A stretch of 64,000 nt of DNA from Veleropilina oligotropha (lineage: Eukaryota), in assembly GCA_048128005.1 (NCBI GenBank), contig JBEUKZ010000104.1, forward strand, positions 248,001 through 312,000, in the 5' to 3' direction. A model generated the notes under the pieces. The model did no database searches and was not told where the DNA came from. It saw only the letters and a list, made by a program, of their open reading frames with translations. Position 1 is the first letter of the stretch. Each line of letters starts with the position of its first letter. Made by a program: the position numbers and the translations under genes. Shown here one piece after another: positions 1-10,937 of the stretch.

Positions 1-329
1 ACCATTTGTAAGGATCATTGTGATATAGAAAAGCAAATGTTTTGGAAAACGGGAAGAAGATTGCACTGAAAAGCAGGTGAAGAAGTGCAGATGGCATTCA
101 CCAGTGGTCCATTTACTTTGGTAGCGTGATACGTGAAATGCGTCGAGGATTATCAAGGATTCTCTTGGAATGAAGACGAGCAGAATTTGGACCAATGCTT
201 TAAGCTAACAGATTGCGCCGAGTTTCATCAACGAAGACCTCTGGGCAAATAAATACAATGTGTAACTAGCGAATCCTCGACCCCGCAAGTCGAGGGAATG
301 TATCCCCTCCCATTGGAAGCCAATTTTAA

Positions 330-1080
330 ATCCGAAAACAATGGAAATGGTGAAAATTGATATGCGTCGTGTCATCACCGTAGCAAACGTGTATATCAAA
401 TCGGATAAAAACTCTGTTCACAGTAGAGCGCACACAAGAAATCTGGTCAAACAAAATGGCTGCCACGACAGCCATCTTGAATATGAACATGACAAACATC
501 GTTATGTGCCGTGTCCTCATTATAACTCATGTGCACACCGAATTTGAATCAAATCGGATTAGAACTTTTCACTGTAGAGTGCATATAAGAAATCTCTTCA
601 AACAAAATCGCTGCCATGACGACCATCTTGAATTCAAAAACAACGCATATCATTATGCGACGTGACCTCATCATACCAAACGTGTAGAACTAATTTGAAA
701 TAAATCGGATAATAACTTTTCACTGTAGAGTGCACACAGGAAAAAACAACAAAAATCGTCAGGTGGTGTGTCCTCCTCATAACTAATGCCATACCAAATT
801 TGAATCGACTTGGATAATAATTTTTTCACTGTAGAATAACTTGACATTGTAGAGCGAACACAAGAAATATCTCTAAACAAAATAACCGCCACGATGGCCA
901 TCTTGTATCCGAAAACGACGAAAATCGTAAGGTGGCGTGTCCTCATCATAACGAACGTGCATGCCAAATATGGATCAAATCGGAGTAGAACCTTTTACTG
1001 TAGAGCACACACAAGAAATCTCTGCAGCAGAGGCGGCTGAACCATACTATATTCCCGAAATGTTAAATTTCGGAGATACA
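330..1080. repeat. Interspersed repeat with ~150-bp imperfect internal tandem units
   Basis: The motif aaatcggat...ttttcactgtagag(c/t)gcacacaagaaat recurs at ~398, 552, 702, 977. Confidence 0.6.
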
Positions 1081-2223
1081 AATATATATATACAGGCAAT
1101 ATGTACATGCATATACAAACGATATTGAACCAGGTACTGAGTGTGGATATTTTAGAAAACTGGGTTTTTTCATAATATATGTATATCTAAACAATCATGT
1201 TTCAATATATTTATATATAATTGTCCGGAATTTCGTTAGTGCTTTTGCTGATTTTTTGGTGCCTGCATGAAAGATCGATCAATTAGCAAAGTTTACTCAG
1301 AGTCTCACCGATGTAAAATTAATGGACCATGAAAGTGAGATTTTATTTGTCACATGAGTCAATATTTAAGAAAACATTATTTATTAAATAAAGTAAATCA
1401 GATGCATACTCTTCTTAACAACGTATATTAGTGCCTCTGCAAACAAAACTCCCCAATTAAATATTCATCGCAATAAACACTATTACCTTGCAAGTAAACA
1501 CAAATACTTTTTGGAACTAAAAGTTACTATTATAATTGCATCTATTTGTGAATAAATCTCAGAATACCCAAATATAATATTGCATGTATCACTATCGGGA
1601 AATGAAATCTACGAATACAATTGTCGTCTGCTTTAATGGTTGAAATGAACACGTGCTTTTATTGGCTCATGTCCAAAAGTTACAGTTGAAAAACGTTTAT
1701 TTGTCAAAGCATAATATATATAACAAAACATTTATTCTGGTATATGCGAGGTAAATATGTAATAAATAATAACCTGCCACGCATGGCGATATCGGCCTGG
1801 CAGGTTAATATTTGTCATACATGCTATGAAAATCTATTGTAAATAGCAATCTGTAACCCCTTAAAAATGGAATTGCCCATGATAATAACCGTGCGCACAT
1901 TTATCAAAACAGTGGACTCTTCCATTCACACCTTTTGAGTCCATTGTTAATCCCAAGAGCTGGGCTCCACTCGAGGGAATCCCATTGTTTGGGTAATTAT
2001 CCTGAACGATGACGCACCTTGCTCGCCCAGTCCTATTGTTCTGATATCAAGCCCACGGTATGTATGTACATATATCATGGATTTAAGTAATATATAATAA
2101 TGCAATGGCCGGGAGATCAATAATAAACCCGGTAGGGCTTAAATAGATTAAATATAATTTGTTTGGGTTTAGAAAGCGCATTACTGTCACTCATATAAAA
2201 ACCCATTGAAGTTGTCTTGTCCT

Positions 2224-3215
2224 CTATAACCTGCCCTGCTTCTTATAATGCTCATCTAGGCGATTTTTAAATTGGTTTACAAATGTCGATTCCACTACAT
2301 TATAAGGAACAGCGTTCCATTCATCGACATCCCGATTTGAGAAAAAGTGTTTTCTAACGTCTAGTCGGAATCGTTTTTTGTAAATCTTGTATTGATGCCC
2401 CCTGGTGTGCCTAATTGATTCTTCTGTCAACGTTAAACATTTTAAACACCTGAATCATATCACCTCTTATCCTTCTCAAAGATAATGTTGTGAGGTTCAG
2501 TGCTCTTAGTCTGTCGTCATATGGTAATTTGCTCAATTCTTCTTTCAATTTTGTGGCTCTTCTTTGAACTTGTTCTAGAATATTGATATCCTTTGCAAGA
2601 TATGGACACCATGTTTGCACTGCATATTCTAAATGCGGTCTAACCATTTGCTTGTATAGGCGAGTTATGATGGCTTTATATTTAAAATTAAAGTTTCTTT
2701 TTGTCATTCCCAATATTTGATTTCCCTTTTTGGCTGACTTTGCACATTGATTTGATGGTTTGAATGTCTTGTCTACCCATACACCTAAATCTTTTTCCTT
2801 GGCCACTTCGTGTAAAGTTTCTTAACCCATTTCATAATTATAGGTATTGTTGTTATAACCCACATGCATTACTTTACATTTACTGGTGTTGAAAAGCATT
2901 TGCCAATCCTCAGACCATTTTACTACATGATTTAAGTAACTTTTAAGTTTCTTTGCATCTTCTTCAGTTTCGATAATTATGTACAGTTTGGTATCGTCGG
3001 CAAACTTTTTTGCTGGAGATGTAATGACGTCATCAATATCATTTAAATATATGAGAAACAACAATGGTCCCAAAACAGAACCGTTGTACCGGCTCCCACT
3101 TAGATTTTATCTCATTTATTACAACCAACTATTTTCTATTTTGTATAGCCACTTACATATCCAATTTAGTATAGGGTCTTTAATGCCATGGTTACTTAAT
3201 TTTTATGCCACAGGA
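2224..3215 (-). mobile_element. CR1/L2-clade LINE, 3' part of ORF2 (reverse transcriptase), degenerate
   Basis: Broken ORFs contain GPLLFLIYLND, FADDTK, RPHLEYAVQTWCPY, RRIRGDMIQVFK and TRGHQYK..RKHFFSNR. Confidence 0.9.
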
Positions 3216-3224
3216 CGATAGTAT

Positions 3225-4700
3225 GTCCGCAGTTTTGGTTAAAGTTTTTCATGGAGTGCATACGGCTTGCTTAAGGGACTTTTGGGCATATATACTCTTT
3301 GGTATTGATTATATGGATGTTACCTGGTACTCTGGCAGTGATATTGAATAAAATTTAATTTAATTATTGCAAATAAATTGATGTTTTTGAACATAGAAAT
3401 TCTGGTTATAATTTCAGGTTAAGGTTTTTCATTGAGTTATATGGCTTTCTCAATGGACATTTTGACATATATATGCGTTGGTATTGATTATATACATGCT
3501 ACCTAAAACTCTGGCAGTGATAATAAATAAGATTTATTTTAATTTATGCATATAAATTGGTGTTTTTAAACATAGAAATTCTGGTTAGAATTTCCGGTTA
3601 AAGTTTTTATTGGGTGTATATGGCTTGCTCAAGGGACGTTTTGGCATATATTTGCTTTAGTGTTGATTATATGGATGTTATCTGATACTCTGTCAGCGAT
3701 ATTGAATAAAATTTAATTTAATTTATGCAAATAAATTGGTGTTTTTTAACAGAAATTCTGATTAGACTTTTCGGTTCAAGTTTTTCATTGAGTGTATATT
3801 GCTTGCTCAAGGGCCTTTGCTTTGATATTGATTATGTTGATGTTACCGGATACTCTGGTAGTGATATTAAATAAGATTTAATTTCATTTATGCAAATAAA
3901 TTGGTGTTTTTTAACATAGAAATTCTAATTCGAATTTTCGGTTAAAGTTTTTTCATTGAGCTTGTATGACCTGATTAAGGGAATTTTCGCCATATTAAAT
4001 GTTATGCTTTGGTATTGGTTATATGGAGGTTACCTAGTACTCTGACAGTGATATTTAATAAAATTGAGTTAATTATTGCAAATAAATTGGTGGTTTTTAA
4101 CATATACATTTTGGTTAGAATTTTCGGTTAAGTTTTTCGTTGAGTGTATATGCCTTGCTCAATGGAATTTTTGGCATATATATGCTTTGGTATTGATTAT
4201 GTGGATGATACCTGATACTCTGGCAGTGATATTGAATATAATTTAATTTAATTTATGCCAAAAATTGGATATTTATTAACATAGAAATTCTGAATTATTC
4301 TGATTAGAATTATTCGTTAAAGTGTTTCATTGAGCGTAATGTCTTGATTAGGGGACTTTTCGGCATATATTGGTATTGATTGGTATTGATTATATAGATG
4401 TTACCTGGTACCCCTACAGTGATATTTAATAAAATTGAATTAATTATTGCAAATAAATTGGTGTTTTTGAACATAGAAATTCTGGTTATAATTTTAGGTT
4501 AAAGTTTTTCAGTGATTGTATATTGACTGTTGAAGGCACTTTTTGGAATATATTTATCTGTTTTGGTAATGTTATATGGATGTCATATGGCAGTGATAGT
4601 GAATAAAATTTAATTTTATTAATGCATAAAATTGGTGTTTTTGGAAAGAGAAATTTGATTAAAGTTTTTTGTTTAAATATTTTCATACACATACTTTGGT
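3225..4700. repeat. Array of ~178-bp AT-rich tandem units, part of an insertion (~3220-5960) that splits the LINE
   Basis: The unit ggtattgattatatggatgttacc..tactctggcagtgatattgaataaaattta recurs at ~3300, 3480, 3660, 3825, 4010, 4190, 4380, 4560, with further degenerate copies to ~5900. Confidence 0.85.
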
Positions 4701-5997
4701 AGTGGATATATTAATGCTGCTTGCTATTCATCTGTGCAATAATCTAATGTAAATAATGTTTAAAATATTTGTATTTTGACAATGATAATTTGATTAAAGT
4801 TTTCAATGAGGTAATGTGGGTAGCTCAGGCTTGCGCAATAATTTGACACTTTTTTGCATACATATGATTTGATATTGGCAATCAATATTGATTTTATCTG
4901 TTCCAACTAATATTAATATTAAACTTTTTCAGGGGGATTGCACTTACAATAAACAAGAACTACTGCTCTTGATTTAAAATAACCATATTGTTAGTTAGAC
5001 TACGGGGAACTACTTATATCACTAATAATGAGTTTATTATTTTATTTTAATTTATAATAGTAAATTAGTTTACAATTTTGCAATAGTTTAAATCTGTTCT
5101 GTCACTTGGTTTTTGTTGTCTAATTGGAGAAGCCTGCGCATTAAACATCTCTGCACAAGCGCCTTGTGATTTAACTGCGGGGTTTTCCGATTAGACAACC
5201 AAACCTCGTGGTATAACCTATTCTTACGTATTGGAAAATTATGTGTTTGAGCTCCCTGGGGCATACCCATGTTCCGGGAAACACAGTTTTATCCCCCGCC
5301 CGAAGGGTAGCGGAGGATATTGTTGTTGCCATGTACGTCCGTAAACAAATTGGTTAAAGTTTCTATTTGAGTGATACTTTTTAGCATATATATGCTTTTG
5401 TATGCGTTATGGATGACACCTAGCTGGTACTCTGGAAGTGAGATTGAATAAAATTTAATATAATTATTGCATAAATGTAGGTGTTTTTGAACATAGAAAT
5501 TTTGCTTAAATTTTCTGGTTAAAGTTTTTCATTGAGTATACACTCAATGAAAAACTTTAACCAGAAAATTTAAGCAAAATTGTGGAAGAAAATTTGGATC
5601 AAGTTTTGTTCTAACTTTTCAATGGGCATATGGGTTGTTCTATGCACTGTTTTACATCCATATACTTTAGTATTGACTATATTGATGCTGCTCCCTCATC
5701 TGTAAGTGATTTATAATAAATAACATGTGAAATTAGTGTTTGTGGACATAGAAATTTTTGGTAAAGTTGAGTGAATTTCCATTCTGTTCCAGTATTGGAT
5801 ACATATTCTTTGGTGATGCTTATATTGATTACACCTTTTACTCTAGCAATGATATTGAATATTATTTTGTATAAATATTGAAGAAACTTGATGTGTTTAG
5901 ACATATAAGTTTTGGTTACAGTTTATTTCAGAGTGATTGCGAAAGGCAAAAGGGGATGAATCTGTTTTCTAACGGGCTCTTGTTCTAGTTGTAGTAG

Positions 5998-6540
5998 TCA
6001 TTTATGTGGTACTTTATCGAATGCTTTCTGAAAATCAAGATATATGATATCAACTGATTTGCCGATGTCAATTGCACTTGCTACATTTTCAAAAAATTCC
6101 CGTAGTGTTTGTTTAACAGATCTTTTCTCCATAAACCCATGTTGACTAAGGTTTAGAAGGCCAAATTTATTTATGTGTTTTAAGATAGCATCCTTTAAGA
6201 AGGATTCCAATATTTTGCCTACTATTGATGTCAGACTAAAAAGTTTATAATTTTGGGTATTTTATAGACTACCCTTTTTAAAGATTGGGTTAATATTTCA
6301 AGTCTTTCAGTCATTAGGCAAGCTGCCTTCAATTTGGGATATATGCTGTCTGGACCTGGAGCTTTACTGATATTTAATAAGCTTATCTTTTTTTCAACCA
6401 TTTCCATAGGAATTTCAATACTTTCACAAAAATTTCCATGATCTTCATAAATATGTTTTACCGTTTAAATATTTAAATACCGTGTTCTCAAGCGTATAAA
6501 CAGATGCAAAATATTTGTTTAGGGATTCTGAAATGACTAT
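5998..6540 (-). mobile_element. Upstream part of the same CR1/L2 ORF2 (RT N-terminal region)
   Basis: LLNLSQHGFMEKRS...DIIYLDFQKAFDKVPH; same strand as, and collinear with, the 2224-3215 fragment. Confidence 0.85.
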
Positions 6541-6615
6541 GTGTATTATTAGATTTTGAAGGGCCTATCTGCTTTCCAGTGACTTTAATGGTTTTTCTTT
6601 GCCTCTTTTCATTAC

Positions 6616-8222
6616 CGGTACTTGATAAAAATTTGTCAAGTATGTTGGTCTGTTTGTGTGTTTGTTTGTTTGTTACTTGACAAAAATTAAAATTGTGTCA
6701 AGTATTTTGGTCTGCTTCGTATGTTTGTTACTTGACAAAGATTTAAAAATTTGTCAAGTATTTTGGTCTGCTTCGTCTGTGTGTGTGTTTGTTTGTTTGT
6801 TTGTTTGTCTGTAAGCACCATTGCGGCCAAACCAGTCAAGCAATCACCGTCAAACTTTCAGGGTCGATGTACCTTCTGAAACCCTCGGATTGATCAACTT
6901 TGGGACGTCATAGGTCAAAGGTCAAGGTCATAATTAGGGGCAAGGTCATTACCATATTTTCGTTAATATCTGGAGAATGCGGTTTAGTACAAACTCACTG
7001 ATGGGCTTAAAATGTCCGCAAATTTCGAATTTCTTCAATTTCAATAAAATTAACATATTTTGCAGTGCATCTGACAGCCCTCATGATGTTCTAAAGATAT
7101 CACCCAAAAAAGTCCTAGAAAGATAACAACATGGCCGCCAAAGGGGGGTCAAAATAGGTCAAGTTTCGAATTTCTTCAATTCAAATGAAATTAACATATT
7201 TTGCAATGCATCTGACAGCCCTTATAATGTTCTAGTGATGTCACAAGAAAAAAAACACATAAAGGTCAAAGGTCAAGGTCGTTGTTACGTAAAAGTTCGT
7301 ATAACATTTTGGCTAATATCTCGAGAATGGAGCACCGTATACACTTTCTGATGGGCTCATATTGTCCTTTACCTAAATACGCAATGACTGATAAACGTTT
7401 GGACATCATAGGTCAAAGATCAAGGTCATGATTAAGGAAAGGTCAATACCATATTTTCGTTAATATCTCGTGAATGGCATCGTACAAACTTACTGATGGG
7501 CTTAAAATGTTCTTTAGCCCAATGCGCAATCAGTAAGTTTGATTTTCATGACAGTATCATTAACTAGATGGCCGCCAAATAGAGGGTAAAAATGGGTGAA
7601 ATTTCAATTTCTTCAATTATAATAAAATTAACATTTTTTGCAATGATCTGACATACATCATTATGTTCTATGGATATCACACAAAAATTCTTTAAAAAGT
7701 CCAAAGGTCAAGGTCACAATTAAGGAGAAAATCATATGACATTTTTGCTAATATCTCGAGAATCGAGCGCCGTATAAACTTTCTGATGGGCTAAAAATGT
7801 TCATAACATCATTGCGCACGGATGAGGTGTCATCTTCTTGACAGTATTATCAACAAGATGGCTGCCAAAGTCACTATTAGTGAAAGGACATATGACATTT
7901 TCGCTAATATCTCGATAATGGAACATTGGATAAAATGTTCTTTAGATCAATGCACAATAAGTAAGTGTATTTTCCCGGACAGTTTCATGCCAAAATGGCC
8001 GCCAAAGGGGACGTAAAAAAGCAACGGCAATTACTACGAAACCGCTTGCAGTATGTATACATGTCAATTTCATTCAGCTATGCGAGTATACTAATAATTA
8101 CAATGTCGATGTAATTGTGTAATGCTTTGAATATTGAAAACATCCAATTGATACATTGATAAAATGTTTTATTGCGTTGTATGTCACATTTTGTCAAGTG
8201 TCGCTCTCCGAGCGATCTTGTT
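6616..8222 (+). mobile_element. Non-autonomous Helentron-like (HINE/DINE-1-type) element
   Basis: 5' tacttgacaaaa/tttgtcaagta palindromes, a (TGTT)n microsatellite and internal caaaggtcaaggtca repeats. The 3' end has subterminal ttttgtcaagt, then hairpin tcgctc-tcc-gagcga and tcttgtt. Confidence 0.6.
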
Positions 8223-8282
8223 ATTAGATCGCTGTTTTCTGGTTGTTCCGTTCTCTGATTTGGTGATCCAAGCTCCGCCTTT

Positions 8283-8445
8283 AACAGTTTAAATGTTTCT
8301 CTATCGCCCTATTTACTCCTCTGGCCAGCACTTCTCCACCCTCCAGTGAAGGGTGCAGTCCATCTATGAAATACCACTCCCTCCTTCCCTCAAACTTGGC
8401 CCACAAATCAAAGAACCAAACACAAATCAAAGAACCACCCGGTCA
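8283..8445 (-). mobile_element. LINE ORF1 fragment (SGNH/GDSL esterase-type)
   Basis: The minus strand reads WFFDLWAKFEGGREWYFIDGLHPSLEGGEVLARGVNRAIEKHLNC*. DGLHP matches the SGNH catalytic block found in CR1/L2 ORF1. Confidence 0.6.
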
Positions 8446-10033
8446 GGGAATGTCATTGTAAGATGCGATTATACCAATAGAGTATTTCATTTGGAATACA
8501 AAATTAAGTTTGATGGATGAATGCTATAAGTTTATATGTAGTTGTTTATATAAGGTGGCATTTGTACTGATATGGAGCTAGAGGTTTTTAAAGATATCGG
8601 CAGAGAATTTCAGAGGCGAAGACCTTCGTGTTTTAACGAAAAAGTCTCGTACAAGTACGGTTTCGGATTAACTGGTAATCTGTTCTATTTCTTGTGTTGT
8701 AGTTGTGGATTTGTGCGTTCATAAAGAAATGTGTTATAGTGGAAATCAGCAAATCAATTTTTTAAAAGGTATATATTGTACGTGCCTAATACGAAATTTA
8801 TGAAACTTTGTTGCGTTATGTGAAGCCGACCATGATATATGTACCGTTACGTGCATGTAAATTATAAAACAAAATTCTTTTGAGAATTAATAACAACACG
8901 TATCGAGTATAAATAGAATATATATAATTGCATTTGTTATTAATTTCACCTGAATGAAGACTGATAATACCATCCTTATATTCGACTCAGACTGATTACC
9001 CAGATGAGTTATGTCGGGGAGTAGCAGCCACGTGGGACAATGCTTAATATATTATTATTTATTAATTAACTACCAGATATCCGCGAAAATTATTAATTGA
9101 GCAGAAAACCAATTACTTAAATCGTGTCCACGAACACCCTATCATAACGAGCGAAATATTGGCATATGTTGATTGTAAATTATTGTTCTCTGCTTCTAAT
9201 GTTATCGGACGTATGTAGGTCCTCGAACATTTAATCAAGTACTCGAGTTACACTGCATTATAACGCGAAACAATAAATCTGTACGATAAAAAATCTATAA
9301 ATAAGTCTTTGTGAGTTTCTCCACTCATCAGATTATCGGTCGATATGATGGCATAATTCTGTCGTAATCCGTGCGACAAATATACATAAACTTCAGAAAA
9401 ACGAAGACATTTACCATTGATCAATAAATGTTTTCAAGTAATCGAGTTTGCGATCCCACTTGGTGGGACCGGTAGTGTGTCGTATACACAGTGTACGGAA
9501 ACACGTACACGTGAAGGAGAAGAAATACGAAGACGAAAAATAAAGTTACACATATTCCAGCGATCGCAAAATGGCGGGTCAACATCATCTTGAGAGACGC
9601 GGAATTCACATTGCCCTGTTTGTAATCGCACTCTGCCAGGTACGAGAACACAATTGAAGGAATACCTGAAAGATCAAAGATTACATTAAATTGCGATGTA
9701 TTTGTCGGATAACTGACAGATCGTTGGAAAATGGTGTTGTATTAACTAAAATAAGTGAGGACTTCGCGAAGGTGTTGGTCTTGCTTTCCTCTCTTTTCAA
9801 ATGACCATGGAATCGCGCCCAACGGCAATACTCGATCAGTGAATGTGGTTTTTCTATGTTTGTTGCTTAATTTATCATAAGCAGTATATGATACTCAACC
9901 AAAAAAAACCGCACGTCTCATTTATATAATTTCAATACTAGGTTATCAATATGTGAAAACATTTCTAAAACACTAACTTTAGCAGCAGGGGGGGGGGTCA
10001 TTGGACTTTTTAGAATGGAAAAATAAGGCTCCC

Positions 10034-10171
10034 AGCACCTGTTCAGAACTGAGGTGGTGTAGTACGAGCCCCTAAGGCAGTTTAGACTAGGGGCCCACGG
10101 CCGCCGGGGAGGCTCCCAGCCCTATTTCAGACCCCAGGGTAGGGCTTGTATTACAAAAAGTCACCGTGTGT
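10034..10171 (+). repeat. Left terminal inverted repeat (138 bp)
   Basis: agcacctgttcagaactgagg...aaaaagtcaccgtgtgt is the exact reverse complement of 25984-26121. Confidence 0.95.
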
Positions 10172-10245
10172 ACACAGCGCTGTCTGAAGCTTGAGTTGCC
10201 AATGTCTGTTATGTTAGACAGTGTGTAGTTATACTTGCAAGTAAC

Positions 10246-10434
10246 ATGTCGCAGCCCCCCAAGATACCGCGAGATACCAAGGCCTCTGCCAAGGCTCCTG
10301 CCAAGGCCCCTGCCAAGGCTCCTGCCAAGGCTTCTGCCAAGGCCCCTGCCAAGGCCCCTGCCAAGGCTCCTGCCAAGGTTCCTGCCAAGGCCCCTGCCAA
10401 GGCGAGATCAAAACGTCGAACTCGACGACGGTAA
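10246..10434 (+). CDS. Small basic Lys/Ala/Pro-repeat protein (histone H1/core-protein-like)
   Basis: ATG in aacATG context; about ten 12-bp repeats encode AKAP; ends in RSKRRTRRR. Confidence 0.65.
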   Translation: MSQPPKIPRDTKASAKAPAKAPAKAPAKASAKAPAKAPAKAPAKVPAKAPAKARSKRRTRRR

Positions 10435-10497
10435 CAAGGGAGTTTTACACAGTTACCATCGTCCAAAGGCGGACCCTCTGTGATATCCGTTGGCCAC

Positions 10498-10559
10498 GCC
10501 CGTTTGAACCGTGCTGGTAGTAAGAGCCCGTAGGGACGGCCCACAACCCTCGCCGGCCC
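10498..10559 (+). repeat. Inner inverted-repeat block (partner of 25890-25951)
   Basis: gcccgtttgaac..gctggtagtaagagcccgtagggacggcccacaaccctcgccggccc is the reverse complement of the right-end block apart from two mismatches. Confidence 0.9.
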
Positions 10560-10587
10560 GGGCGTTGCTTTTAGACATACCCATTGG

Positions 10588-10890
10588 ATGGGTATATCCA
10601 ATGCAAAGGATACGATGAAGGGCACAGACACCTGTCAATGGCTCACCATCAGCTCCACGGAGCTATGCGGTAAGATTTGTCTGAGAGAGTTTTGCAAAGT
10701 TCATCTGGCTCGGCAACGGCGAAATGGCCGGGGCACAAAGCCCTGCATCAAATGCGGCAAAGGCGTTTTCAACCGGTTTACATTGTGTAAGGGCTGTGGG
10801 TATCAGACTGCGAACGTTAGGGATTGGCGACGAAAGGACCGAGCCTTCGAGAGAGAGTTTCTCCGTATGGCTGCAATTTACCACGCGTAA
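10588..10890 (+). CDS. Cys/His-rich putative zinc-finger protein
   Basis: C-x10-C-x3-C-x4-C-x2-H followed by CxxC-x10-CxxC; basic overall. Confidence 0.7.
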   Translation: MGISNAKDTMKGTDTCQWLTISSTELCGKICLREFCKVHLARQRRNGRGTKPCIKCGKGVFNRFTLCKGCGYQTANVRDWRRKDRAFEREFLRMAAIYHA

Positions 10891-10937
10891 ATTTCATATT
10901 AGAGAAATGAAATCCTAGTGTATACCCACCCAGCAAC

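Noticed and set aside
9870..9910. Weak inverted similarity to 26131-26180 (atactcaacc..aaaaaa) suggesting longer outer TIRs
   Set aside because: Short, AT-rich, gapped and at a different distance from the TIR; may be chance.
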